Source: Octopus vulgaris (Eukaryota). Taken from it: 64,000 bases of DNA. Position numbers and translations under genes: made by a program. The DNA lies in NCBI GenBank assembly GCA_951406725.2, contig OX597825.1, positions 47,988,001 to 48,052,000 of the forward strand, written 5' to 3'. Shown one piece after another: positions 13,030 through 26,516 of the stretch (positions within the stretch are counted from its first letter, which is position 1; each line of letters opens with the position of its first letter). A model generated the notes under the pieces. It worked only from the letters and a program-made list of their open reading frames with translations, was not told the origin of the DNA and did not search any database.

Positions 13030-14760
13030 TGGGTAAGCTGAAAAGCTCATAGGCTGACTACAAAGGACTAATGCTAGAATTTTGCATGCATTAATTTCAA
13101 CTCTTCTTATTAATAACTGCATTGTTTCTTTCCAGGTAAACTGACATCTGACTGTGCAAAGAAGACTTCAGATATAAATAGTAATGACTTCTCTTGAAAA
13201 TTGATGAAATTTCACATCATGGTGTTATCAAGTACCTTCGTAAAAATGGTTTAGCCCTCAACAACATTCATGCTGGCATAGTTGCTACATGAAGGGATGA
13301 TGCACCAGCTCTCTCAACAGTGCAAAAGCTGGAAGCTGAATTTAGAAGGGAGAAGCTTGAAGATGACCCAAGGTCTGGACATCCTGTGACTGCCACCACC
13401 AAAGAAAACGTTGATTGTGTTCACTACATGGTGATGGATGACAGGTGATTTACTATAAATCAAACAGCCAATGCTATTAGGATATCTTATGAGGGAGTTA
13501 AGAATATTGTACACAATGGACTTGGTATGACAACTATTTGTGCTCAGTGGGTGCCACATCTTCTGACCCTTGATCAAAAGTGCACCAGGTTGGTTACATC
13601 ACAAGAAAATCTGACATTGTTTAAGACAGTTCCAGCTGGTTTCCTTGAACGTTTCTTAACCCAGGATATTTGTTGGGTTCATCATTTTGAGCCAGAAGTA
13701 AAGAGACAATCCATACAGTGGAAGCATCTTGCCTCAGCTGTCCAAGGTCAATTCCTCTTTTTTTTTTGGGTGGGGGGGATACAAAAGACATTGTGCTTAT
13801 TGACAGTCTTCAAGCCACACCATTAATATAGAGTAAAATACCAACTTGCTGAGGCCATTACAAAAAGCTATCAAGACCAAATGACCAGGAAAACTGATGA
13901 AAGGGGTTTTGTTTCATCAGGACAATGATCCAGCACACAAATAATTGCTTTCAATAGCTGCTGTGCATGACTATGGCTTTGAACTGGGTGATGAGGACAG
14001 CTGTGTAAAGAAGTATCACAGCCTAACAGTGAAAGGAACCTGTGGAAGAGGAAGACCCAGGAAGACATGTGATGAGGTGAAGACCTTTGGGGATATGCTG
14101 TTCTTGAGAAGACCTGGCAAGCTAAGTGATATCATAGCCGTGGTTGATGCCAATGTCACATAACAGGCCCATTTAAAATACCCTTCAATCATCAAGTAAT
14201 ATGTTGTTGAGTCAAGTGAAATCATAGTTGTGGCCGATGCCACTGCCATCTGACTGGCCCCTGTACTGGTGGCATGTAAAAAGCACCTTGTACACACATG
14301 AAGTGGTTGGCGTTAGGAAGGGCATCCAGCTGTAGAAACCTAGCCAGATCAGATTGGAGCCTGGTGCATCCCGCTGGCTCGCCAGCCCTTGGTCAAACTA
14401 TCCAACCTATGCTAGCATTGAAAGCAGATGTTAAATGCTGCTGCTGCTGCTGATGATGATGATGAGAATCATCATCATCATCCCTATTCTCCTGATTTAA
14501 CTCCATCTGACTAATATCTGTTCCCCAACATGAAAAAACACTTGGCACTTGGCTGGCAACCAGTATCAGAGATGATGACGTCATATCTGCTGCTGATGAC
14601 TTTTTTGACCAACAGGATGAAAGCTTCTCCATCAATAGGATCCAAGCACTGCAACACCAATCGAAGAATGTGGACCATAATGTTGAAAAATAAACCCTGT
14701 TTGGTCATACTCCATGAGAGTATCTTGGTCAGCCTATGAACTTTGCAGCAGATCCTTGTA
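13030..14760 (+). mobile_element. Degenerate mariner (Tc1/mariner) DNA transposon with a nested RTE tail at ~13987-14481
   Basis: WVPHLLT, FLTQD-WVHHF, HQDN-PAH and YSPDL-PSD motifs. Terminal inverted repeats GCTGAAAAGCTCATAGGCTGAC (~13037) and GTCAGCCTATGAACTTTGCAGC (~14728). Confidence 0.85.
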
Positions 14761-17069
14761 AATCTCAGGCCCACCAACATTTGGTGTATCCCAACAGAAT
14801 TTGTTAGAAATCAAAAGATATAGATTATCCATGTTTTAACAAAGTAATTTGTTCTTGAAAAGCTGTTGAAAATTTATAATTTAGACTGAATATTAAAGAT
14901 AACAGAGTGCACAGTTAGCTTATAATACATCCTTTTATTGGTTCCCATTGGTGATGGTACTAGAGGTATTTTGACCTTTCCCAGAAAGTATGGGGGCCCC
15001 CAACACTTAGAATCAAAACTGAAACACTGTAAGAGATAACGAGACTTCATAGGAACTAGATCCACATAACTTCCCTTATCACATACAAACTAGTCATGTT
15101 ATTTCAACTAATGCAAGAAAAATATTTTCAGACTCTAAAAATATAGAATAACAAGATTATCTTAGATACGAAACAGCTTCTACACTTGAGAAATCTCTAT
15201 AAAAATATATCTTTTATCTTTTACTGGTTTTAGCCCAGGGCTGAGGTCATGGACATTTTAAAATATTTTTATTTTACAAAGAATTGTTATTGTTGGGGCA
15301 AAACACCATGTTAAACATTACTGAACGAGTCTATGGCACATAAAATATTCAGTTGAGCTACTGTAATCCACTGATCCAGTAATACAGTTGTACCATACCT
15401 GTAGTACAACTTTGATCAGTAGATCTAGTGATTCAGTTATACTATATTTGATATCCAACTGTTATCTATAAAACCAGTGATACAGTATGCAGTATCAGAT
15501 GTACACCTGTGATTCACATATCTAGTGTTACAATTGTAATTAGTGGAGTATATACAGTGCTAGACTGTATGATGTGATGTCATATTTTTTCACCTACACA
15601 ATGCTCAGTAATCCATTTAGCCACTGATACTAGGAACAACTCCAGTCTTTAGTAAACAACAGTACTAGCACTGAAACATATGAGTAATTAATTCATTGAT
15701 TTTCTATGTGGGGTTCAATTCCTCTGGAAATAATGTGGAAGATAATATACAGATGAACAATCAATATATATACATAAGAGGCTGAATTTCTCCTATATAT
15801 ATAAGGAATTGACTTACCCTTCCATACACTAAAGTTCAACTTAACCCCTACTTGTGTTACCCAAAGACAGCTTTCAGCAGTTATAGCTTAATCTAATGAG
15901 TTCTGATGTGGAACTTAATTGATTAGTTAAAGGGGTAATTTGTTTTATGAGAAACAAAATGCTGGATGAAAGAAGCAAGTGTGGATGGTTTGGATGGTGT
16001 AGTTTTGATCCAACTCACTCTTATTTAGGGTTAATCCTTCAACAATTAATTTACTGAAATAGAAAATTTATAGGAATTAAAGTAGCTAAACTGTAAAGAG
16101 ATTTACAATCTTTTGAGGTTTTATGAGAAACTCAGAATTGCACCAACACATTACCTTCATCTGAATCAAAGAAACTATGCCAGCAGGGAGATGTAAGTCT
16201 GACTGTACTAATAATGAGGTACCATGTAGGAATTGTATAATATTTCCCACAGTAGTCATTGTTCTGAGTAGTGTACAGCTTGCATGGTTTGGCTAGTGCT
16301 ATTAGGCTGACATCTGGATGCTTACATAACATGAAATAGTCTGCAGAACAAATTACATTATAATATAAACAACAGATCCCTAAGGGTTTATAGGAAGTCT
16401 ATTCCTGCTTGTCAAGTATTTGTGTTTCATTGACATTAAATTAGCAATAGGTTCCCGAACTACAAATATGGGGGCGTAATTCAGGGTGCTGAGAGATCTC
16501 TGGTAATATTCTATAATAGCTTTGTGTTCCTGCTTAGATAACAGTCCCCAATTTACTGTTCATTGCTTCCTTTTCATTTATACACACACACCATTACGGT
16601 CTGTGTCTTAAATCAAGTTTGTACTTCTTGCAAAGTTGTGTATTTTGGTGTAATTAAGTTGTCTGCACTTCTGCTGTAAAGGGATCATTAAACATTACAA
16701 GTTGGCAACTTCCATCCCTTTCAGCTACAATCTCTGCCATGGGTTACTCTGTCTCACTATCATCAAAGGTTTAATCAACAAATTCTAACTTACTCCTAGA
16801 GTGAAACATATCAAAGTATTTAGTTTCTGTTTATTTCAAAGTTTGTAATTAATTATTTCTTTAAAATTTCAAATGTCAACTTTACTTTGATAATTAATAT
16901 TTCAAACAAATTTAAGATAATAATTTGCCTCAAGTGAGAGAACATCGCTTCAAATGATTGAGAAAATCTTTTTTGCCTTTCAGATCCTGCCAGGGTTAAA
17001 TTTGGGTGTGGATGTTTGTGTGTGTGTGTGTCCACGTGTCCATGTATGCACGTGCACATACACATGCAT

Positions 17070-18880
17070 CATCATTACCATTATCATTATCATTTTACAT
17101 CCACTTTCCATGAAATGACTTAGACTGGTGCTCTTATGAATATTTTTGGTATAGCCTCTTTAGTAGATGCCCTTCCTGTTTCCAATCATTTTACACAATG
17201 TACTGGATGCATTTTCTTGTGCTGCCAACACTAGCAAGATTGAATAGAACTTGGTGAGACAAGACTGAAAGGAACTCACATCCCTACACTTTCTTTGTTC
17301 ATTTACCAATCACTTTACAGTATGTGTTGGAAGCATTCTCATGGCACTATCCTTAGGGAGGTAGCCTCTCTCACTATCCACCTGAAGAGGGAACACCATA
17401 GGTTCTGTTATGTTACCTGTACAAGATAAAAGTGGCAAGTACTCAATAACCTAAGACATGTAAACCAAGGAGGGAACAATGACAATAGAAAGGTTAGAAA
17501 TGAGAGGGGTGGATCTAAGTGTATGTGTAAAGAGTTCTCAGTAACCTAGGGAATGTACATTTACTCAGGTAACTGAGGATAGGGACAAGAGGGAGTGAGG
17601 GAATAAGTTATTAGAAGGGCCAGAATGAGTGAGAGAGTAGAAGGGACAAAACTAGGATGAGAAAAGGCTGGGATATTTTGGAGTCAGTAAAAGAGTAATT
17701 GGCAATAGTAGAAGTGAACAATGATAAGGGTGGGTGGTGAGTTAAAGATAAGGGTAGTTGTCAGATGGCTCAGAGGAGTGGGGGTGCAGACCAATAGTAC
17801 AATAGCGGAATGTTAGAGGTGAGGGAGATCCAATGCAGCCTTTTATAGCACAGATAGTATTCACTGAGCACATAAAATATATCTTGGCTTCTTAACACTA
17901 CCCCTATATTTGGGTATATTTTGGCATAAGTAGATAAGTCTTCCATAGTTAAGCATATTGCCAATCAGTATAGTCCTTTGTCATCTCCACCATGCAATAC
18001 ATCACCTTCATGTCATTCTCCACTGATGAATCTCGAGTTTTCTTAGGTCTCTTTTTTTCTGCAGGTTCCATTAGAATGGAGTGCCTCTTTAAACAGCACT
18101 CATCCTCTACATGCATCACCTATCCATACCGACACTGTCTTCTCTCTTCTGTACTACTCTTGATTCTTCTTATACTTAGCTTTTCTCTCAGTTTATTTGT
18201 TCTCTGACATTCATACACATTCACATTGCATAATTATTGGAGCATGCTAGCTTCATTTCTTTTCTTTTTTTTTATAGCTTCACAAGTCTTTTACATTTAA
18301 GGCCTACATCATGCTATCTTCCAGTATCACAATTCTAACACAGACATCACATTATCTGCCCTTACACCTGAGAAAAAAAATCTTTGTTGCCAATAGAAGT
18401 AGTACCTCCCTGAACTTTCTCCAGCCTGTTCTTACCCTGGCTGCTATACTTTCTGAACAACCACTTCTCCTAATTATGTCTCTTAGGTAATAAAATCTCT
18501 TAACTGTTTCTAGTGATCTAGTCAAGTACTCGAGAAGATCTGTTTCTAGTTCAATCCTACTACATACTGCTCCAGTTCATCTGTCATATATAAAGTTTAT
18601 CTTCCTGTGATTTACTTATAGACTCTTGTGAGTCCATAGCTTACACTGAATACAGCTCATGGATTTTATACATACCTATTTTCTGCAAATTGAGCAAAGC
18701 TATTTGCCTGATAATATCAGGATCCTGTCTTCTTTCCTAATTACTAAGATTTTATTCTTTGCTAAGTTTACCTTGAGATCTTTCAATTTTTGGTTTTGGT
18801 CCCATATGTCAGATTTCTTCTCTAATTTCACCTAAGATTCAGCTATAACAACTAGATCATCAGCATATAGAAGTTCTCAA
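17070..18880 (-). mobile_element. Old, degraded RTE LINE (PHD family) fragment and tail
   Basis: ELLYADDLVVIAE at ~18840-18878 (minus), residual PHD cysteines, and a 3' UTR-like remnant at ~17070-17370. Confidence 0.7.
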
Positions 18881-20913
18881 AAACAGCTTCATATGAGAAC
18901 AAAGACATTGAGTCTGAGATAAGTCCATCAAGTTATCATGTCATACACAACCTAACATGTTGTTGTTTATAGACCATAGTCAGTTCCTTTTCTAGTAGAC
19001 CTATGATCAGAGATGCCTAACCATGACCATCCCTTTTCTATGTTTCAGAAATTATGTATTGAGGATTTCACAGTTTTTTATGTTCTTCTATTTTCAGGAC
19101 AGTAGGGTAATTCTGTTGTCATTTCTAGCATGTCTTGAGAATATGCAAAGACTCTGCACTTAGCTTGATATATTCCCAAAAATTTATTACTAAATTGAGA
19201 AAATAGAATCAAGGAAAGTGAATTCAAATTAAAGTAAATTTAGGGAAAACAGAGTTTATAAGTAAAACAAGTTCTTATTCAATGAATCAGAGTGACTGAG
19301 TAGATCATGTATTGACCTTTCAGCTGTAAACATGTTGACCTGCTTTCATACGAGCAAGGTGGGGATCATTTCCTTACCTCCTTATATAGAACAGATGACA
19401 ATGGAAATAAGACACTGTAGTTGTTTGGACATTAATGAGTAATATGTACTGTCATTGTTATGGAAGTGGTGGTTACTGATGCTGTTGTTATTGCTGTCGT
19501 TGTTATTGTTCTTTCGTTGTTGTTTAGTCCTGGGTTAGACCTGTTCAAGCAGACTTATAGTCAAACACACACCAGCTGTAACCATCCTATCTTTTCCAGT
19601 AGTTATCTAGGACTACATTACCTATGTCACTTTTCTTCAATATAGTAGGATGTGATTTGAGAGACATTTTGTTTCTATGTCTGACAAGCTGAATGACCAT
19701 GTAGAGGCTCCTTTAGTGATAGAAAACTAACTTGTTTATCTATTACACCAAAAGCAAATCTTTACAGAACTGAACATATTTTAAAAAACTGTTCACATTT
19801 TCAGCAATTTTGCCATTTACCTTTGACGGTTTGTAAGACCTAGTTTCTCTGTTCTACTTAGTTTTGATGAAGTTCTCAACTGATACATCTTTCACTATTC
19901 AAAAATTCCTACTTTATGTATTTTTATCTGCCTCTGCTTTGGTTGTTATCCATCACCAATTCACTGCATTTCATTTATTTCCCTTATTCTATTTTCTTCA
20001 TATATTCAGAGTACCATAAATAGTTTCTGCACACCAGCAAGTTTGTTTTATGCTTTCACTAATTGTTTTAGGTGCCTATGTAATTGTAAGCAGATGTAAA
20101 TAACTTCTTGGTCCTCCCACCATTGATTAAGCTGAACATTAAGAACTATAACGGTTGAAGAGAGAGAGAGAGTGCAGGGGACTGCACCAGCACTTAGCTG
20201 GTACTAATTTTCAGCTGACTGGGCTTGAAAAATATAAAATGAAGCGCTTTGCTCAAGGAACAACATGTTGCTTAGTCCAGTAATTTAATCTTTAGAATTG
20301 TGAGGTTGACACCAGAACCACTAGAACATATGCCTTTATCTGGATTCTCTTCTTCTACTCCTGATATTTTCTCCTATCAGAAGAACTGAACTTAGCATAT
20401 TACAATCCAACTAATGACTTAGCAGTCCCAGAATGATGCAACCATTCACAACACTGGATTATACAAATTCCTATAATTTACAGAATTCAGTCGTTGAAAT
20501 TTAAATGTTTTCAACTAACAGAGTACAATTTGTTAATCTAATCAACTGCTTGTTTTGGACCTTATCAATTAGGTCATCTTTACTCTCATATTACTTTAGT
20601 ACATACATGTAAAATTATACCACTAGAACAACACTAAAACAGTTTTAATCTCTTTTGTTTATCATAGCAGAGTAGCATACTATCTGCCATTACATATTTA
20701 TCATAAATGGTAAAACCATTAACACCATGATGATGAAAACCCCATCCCCTCATCGCTTTGTCACTGCAGTTTCCACAATAACTCTACAAACAGGCAGATA
20801 TTTAGAATTATGATAACACATCAAAGCCTCTCACTCCTTGCATGCCATTGCTTGTGGTTTAGTCAATATTACGAATATTTGTAATATAAACATTCTCTGT
20901 TATTTTCCTCCAG

Positions 20914-21043
20914 GAACACAGGAAACCAAAATTGTTTGTGTGAAGACCAACTCAAAGACCATAGTAACAGATGCCAACTGTAACCCTTTTACAAAGCTAC
21001 CCACCCAGACAACTGTCTGCAACACAGCTCCTTGTCCTGCACG
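20914..21043 (+). CDS. THSD4: THSD4/ADAMTSL6-like gene, coding exon (C-terminal part of a TSP1 repeat); first exon visible in the window
   Basis: ttttcctccag|GA acceptor, GTQETKIVCVKTNSKTIVTDANCNPFTKLPTQTTVCNTAPCPAR, donor CG|gtgagt (phase 2), which fits the next exon. The symbol is a homology call. Confidence 0.85.
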
Positions 21044-21108
21044 GTGAGTTTTATTTAAATAGTTTCCATAAATATACATATATACACACATGCATGCATG
21101 CATATATA

Positions 21109-21160
<52 letters not shown>

Positions 21161-21463
21161 AATCAAAGTGTGCAGTGTATGGTATTATATATTCATTATG
21201 GCCAGTCTTATCAAATGGTTTCACATGGTATTAAACCAGATGTTTTATAACAACATGATTATATAGTGTGTACTCAACAGAGCAAGTATGAAAAAAAATA
21301 TAGATGGTGACTGCTCTCCATTACTGGAGGTGAAAATCCACATCCAATTACTGTGAAAAGCAACAAGACAAACTGAAGAGTTATAACAAGAGTTATATCT
21401 CTCAGCTCCAAAGATTTCTGAGATGTAAGTCTATAAGGATTTTCTGAAAATGTGTGTATGGGT

Positions 21464-22280
21464 TCATCATCATCATCATCATCATTTAACGTCCAATTTC
21501 CATGCTAGCATGGCTTGGACGATTTTGACTGAGGGCTGGCAAGCCAGATGGCTGCACCAGGCTCCAATCTTGATCTGGCAGAGTTTCTACAGCTGGATGC
21601 CCTTCCTAACGCCAACCACTCCAAGAGTGTAGTGGGTGCTTTTTACGTGCCACCAGCATGGGGGCCAGTCAGGCGGTACTGGCAATGACCTCGCTTGAAT
21701 CTTTTTACACATGCCACCGGCACGGGTGCCAGTGAAGCGACGTTGGTAATGATCACACTCAAATGGTGCCCTTGTACGTGCCACAGGTATGGAAGCCAGT
21801 TGGCTGCTCTGGCAATGATCACGCTCGGATGGTGTGGTACGGAAGCCAGTTGGCTGCTCTGGCAACAATCATACTCAAATAGCCACTCTGTCAATGATCA
21901 CACTCATATGGTGCTCTTTGCTCCCTGTTAGCACAGATGCCAGTCATTGAATTGATTTTGATTTGATTTTGATTTCAATTTCACTTGCCTCAACAGGTCT
22001 TCGCAAGCAGGGTTATGGTCTCATTTGGCTTGCCGAGTCTTCTCGTGCACAGCATATTTCCAAAAGTCTCGGTCGCTAGTCATTTCCTTGGTGAGGCCTA
22101 ATGTTTGAAGGTCGTGCTTCACCACTTCATCCCAGGTCTTCCTGAGTCTACCTCTTCCACAGGTTCCCTCAACCTCTAGGGTGTGGTACTTTTTCACACA
22201 GCTATCCTCATCCATTCTTGCCACATGACCATACCAGTGCAGTCGTCTCTCTTGCACACCACATCTAATGCTTCTTAGGT
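21464..22280 (-). mobile_element. Truncated RTE LINE 3' end
   Basis: ORF 22021-22257 (WYGHVARMDEDSCVKK...) plus the family 3' UTR and (GAT)n tail. Confidence 0.9.
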
Positions 22281-23338
22281 TATAGATTGATATTCATGTA
22301 GGGTTAGAATATGTGTTGAGGTATTCTATGTATAGGGGCTCTATGGGGGTTGGAGATGCTAGGCGGGCACCCAGATGCGTAAGTTCATGATAGGTTGCAT
22401 ATGTGTCTATGTTCAGTTGTGTATATTTTGGTTAAACTCTTTGGTGGATTCTCAGGATATGGTGGTGAAAGAGCCAAAGGAGAAGAATTGGTGATAGTAA
22501 TGATGAGACCTGTAGATATGATAACATACACCTTCTTTCATGCAAGCAGTTTTCGTAGATGTCTAGGGGCTGAGAAGGTTTTTTAATATGGTTCTTTTCT
22601 CAGGTAAACATAATCTACACTGCTTGCTCTTATTAAAATAAACCTTGCACGTCTCAAAGATTTTCCACTTTATACTGTACTTCATGGTGCTTGATTTTAA
22701 TGACCATATTTGCCAGTCTGTGGTATTCTCTCTGGAGTATTAAAGGCAGACTTGTGATAATTGAATCTAATCCTGTAGGGACCTTTTGTTTTTCTCACAT
22801 ACTTACACACATTTGGATGCCTACTTTTGACTGTTTCTGTGTTACAGCAGTAGTTAAGTGGACATGCAGTGGTACCTCAAGATGAGTAGCCTGCCTCTAT
22901 CTCAAGTGCAAGCCTACCTTCTAATATCTTGGTGCACAGCTAAAGGAAAGTCTTATGGTTTAGCTATCAAAAGTTTTACTGAACCTATTCACATGGCTCA
23001 TTAACACAAAAGAAAAATTGAGTGCAGAAAGAGGGAGTGGTAGAGAGAGATGTGAGGGTACTAAAAAAAAGAGTGGGAACAGCAGATAGAAGCTTAATAA
23101 GGATACATTGGAAATATGTTATACCTCTTCATCACCATTGCTTCCACCTCAGTATTTATATTACCACACATCCAACATGTAGATGCCCCTTTTCAAGTAC
23201 TATATGACACGAATCATTGAAATCCTCTGCCATCTCCTCCATAATGCTGAATCGAATCTCCTGAAACTCTTCTTTACCACTTCATCTCATATTTATCCCT
23301 CCTGTCAATCAGTTATCTGTGTGTGGGTATATATACAT

Positions 23339-23693
23339 ATTGGGTCATCCCATAAATAATGCAGTTTTTTATACTTCTTTTATTTTTCAAAATTATGATA
23401 ACCAAAATTAATTTTTAATCTAAAATATACACTCTTTCGTTTTCTACAATGCTCTTCCATCTGTCCTGAAGACTTGGAAGGTCCTTCTTACTAAATCCAC
23501 TTGTCTGTGACAAAAAAATACTCCTCCAATAATGTTCTGACATTGTCTACAAAATTCATATATTTTCCGTCCAAATGATTTTGAAGACTGTGGAATAAAT
23601 GATAATCAGATGGGGCAATGTCTGGCGAATGTAGTGAATGGAGTTATAGCTCCCCATTCAAACTGTGCCAGCTTTTGGAATGTCATCTTTGCT
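23339..23693 (-). mobile_element. Mariner 3' fragment
   Basis: Minus strand HSPDIAPSDYHLFHSLQNHLDGK; TIR-like TATTGGGTCATCCCATAAATAATGC at ~23339. Confidence 0.8.
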
Positions 23694-23694
23694 A

Positions 23695-24093
23695 TATGTG
23701 TGGTAAGTAGCTTGCTAACCAACCACATGGTTCCGGGTTCAGTTCCACTGCGTGGCATCTTGGGCAAGTGTCTTCTGCCATAGCCCCGGGCCGACCAATG
23801 CCTTGTGAGTGGATTTGGTAGACGGAAACTGAAAGAAGCCTGTCGTATATATGTATATATATATATGTATGTGTGTGTGTTTGTGTGTCTGTGTTTGTTC
23901 CCCTAGCATTGCTTGACAAACAATGCTGGTGTGTTTACGTCCTCTGTCACTTAGCGGTTCGGCAAAAAGAGACCGATAGAATAAGTACTGGGCTTACAAA
24001 AAGAATAAGTCCTGGGGTCAATATGCTCGACTAAAGGCGGTGCTCCAGCATGGCCGCAGTCAAATGACTGAAACAAGTAAAAGAGTAAAAGAG
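23695..24093 (+). mobile_element. tRNA-derived SINE family A
   Basis: B-box-like GGTTCAGTTCC, an internal TA/TG microsatellite and a LINE-like 3' tail with (GTAAAAGA)n. Confidence 0.85.
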
Positions 24094-24096
24094 TAT

Positions 24097-24170
<74 letters not shown>

Positions 24171-24208
24171 TATATATATAGATAATATATATAAAATATA
24201 TATATATA

Positions 24209-24615
24209 TCTTTTATCTTTCTTTTATCTTTTACTTGTTTCAGTCATTTGACTGCGGCCATGCTGGAGCACCGCCTTTAGTCGAGCAAATCGACCCCGGG
24301 ACTTATTCTTTGTAAACCCAGTACTTGTTCTATCGGTCTCTTTTGCCGAACTGCTAAGTGACGGGGACGTAAACACACCAGCATCGGTTGTCAAGCAATG
24401 ATAGGGGGACAAACACACAAACACACACACATATATATATATACATATATACGACAGGCTTCTTTCAGTTTCCGTCTACCAAATCCACTCACAAGGCATT
24501 GGTCGGCCCGGGGCTATAGCAGAAGACACTTGCCCAAGATGCCACACAGTGGGACTGAACCTGGAGCCATGTGGTTGGTTAGCAAGCTACTTACCACACA
24601 GCCACTCCTGCACCT
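24209..24615 (-). mobile_element. tRNA-derived SINE family A, full-length and inverted relative to 23695-24093
   Basis: Head GGTGCAGGAGTGGCTGTGTGG (A box) and GGTTCAGTCCC (B box); body nearly identical to the preceding copy. Confidence 0.88.
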
Positions 24616-24628
24616 ATGTATATATAAA

Positions 24629-24692
<64 letters not shown>

Positions 24693-24745
24693 TATAGATA
24701 ATATATATAATATATATAAAATATATATATATATATATATATATA

Positions 24746-26032
24746 TTTTTCTAGTTTCAGCTCAGAGCTGCGGCCATGCTGATGCACCGCCGTTTTGTGC
24801 TACACTGTTATTGCCACGAACCTCGTCTAATATGTGGCACTTGGTGAAGAATGGAGTTTGATACAGCTACTCTCATTTGCACCTCTTGCCATGAGGTAGG
24901 TTCATCTAGGACTCTTGACAGGAAGATGTCCAGCTTTGATTTAAAAACCGCTACATCTACTTTGTGCAAGTTCCTCAGACTCTTTGGGAGAATATTAAAA
25001 AGCTGTGGGCCCTTGAAACCCAGTCTGTTGCAGAAGCTGGTCCTGAAGCGTGATGGCATTGCTGGGATCTTTGGCACTATGCAGTGTCGTCCCGTTCTAG
25101 CATTGGTGTAGCTTACAATGCCAAAATTTGGCACAATTCCTTCCAGGATCTTCCAGACATATTACTGCATACCTCTCCCGTCTTCTCTCCAGGGAGTAGA
25201 GTCTTAGCTGTTTCAACCTTTCCCAGTAGCTGAGCTGTTGCAAAGAGACGATCTTCTTTGTGAATCTTCTCTGGATTGCTTCAAGGTCCGCTGTTAATTT
25301 TACATTGGTAGGTGACCATAGCTGTGTGCAGTAATCCAGGCGACTGAGGACGAATGTCCGCCAGAGGACCATCATGGTTTCCTTATCTCTGGTTCTGAAT
25401 GTTCTTAGGATCCACCCAGCCAGTCGTCTGCACTTTGTCGCCATCCTGGTAATGTGCACTTGAAAAGAGGTATCATTACTCATGTCGATACCCAGGTCCC
25501 TCACAGACTTAGGCTCTGGGATTGAAATTCCCTGTGGACCGGTGTATCCTGTAAGTTTAATATTCAGTTTTGGATGCTGGTAGCGCAGGGCCTGGAATTT
25601 TTCAGCATTAAACTGCATATTATTATCCTCAGCCCATCTGTAGATTGAGTCCAACTCCTGCTGCAGGTGTGCAACATCGCTGGGGTTCTGTATTTTCTGC
25701 GAGACTTTCGTATCGTCTGCATAGCTGGCCAGAGTGGCTATCCGGGCATATCTGAGAGGGCCACTATAAAAAGCAGTGGTCCCAAAACAGTGCCCTGTGG
25801 AACACCGCTCACTATTTGTGTGTTCATAGAGGTGGCTCCATTAACCACTACTGCCTGACTCCTATCTTTCAGGAAGTCATGCAACCACACTCCAAGTTTT
25901 CCAGCTATGCTGAGGTCACGTAGTTTGTGGCATATCATACCATGATCCACCTTGTCAAAAGCTTTTGCAAAATCAAAGTAGATTACGTCCACATTTGATT
26001 TGTTGAGTAACTGCCTCAACACCCAGTCATAA
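24746..26032 (-). mobile_element. 5'-truncated CR1/L2-group LINE with intact 3' end
   Basis: DFAKAFDKVDH, GVPQGTVLGP, YADD, RDLGI, LEAIQRRFTK, LYSLERRRER; frameshifted; stop at 24808 followed by a stem-loop tail. Confidence 0.92.
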
Positions 26033-26344
26033 TCCTTTATTAATTCACCCTCTCTGTAATGCTAATAAGCAGGAATTGAGACCCACCTCGTTGTGATTAA
26101 CAATGGATAAATTTGTCGTCTGTGAGTATGTAATCCCTCATCATATCTCTGGAAATTCATATGTGCACTATGGATTAGGTCACCTTCTCTGTGATGCTGT
26201 TAAAACTTTTTTAAAATTCTGTGATAAGACTGTACATCATCTTTAAAGAACTTTAATGAACTTTAGAAATCTGTTTATGTTACTTAATTATCTACTTCAT
26301 GAGTATAGCCTCAACCAATAGGATGTCTAGAGAACTCACATGTA

Positions 26345-26435
26345 TTTTAGCTGATGAGTACAGGACACGTTTATATGCTGTAATTTTTGCAACTTTTAAT
26401 AAAGCCTGTCCTTGTATGAAACGATTGTACTAAAA
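26345..26435 (+). ncRNA. Type I hammerhead ribozyme motif (complete core, GUA cleavage site)
   Basis: Helix I ttttag/ctaaaa; CTGATGA at 26351-26357; ~10 bp helix II gtacaggaca/tgtcc(t)tgtat; GAAA at 26418-26421; helix III AC-gatt-GT; cleavage predicted after A26429. Confidence 0.78.
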
Positions 26436-26465
26436 ACCTATCCATTCTTGTTGCTTCTTTCTCGC

Positions 26466-26516
<51 letters not shown>

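Noticed and set aside
23695-23765. tRNA-like A/B boxes
   Set aside because: SINE head without a full cloverleaf; it continues directly into the SINE body.
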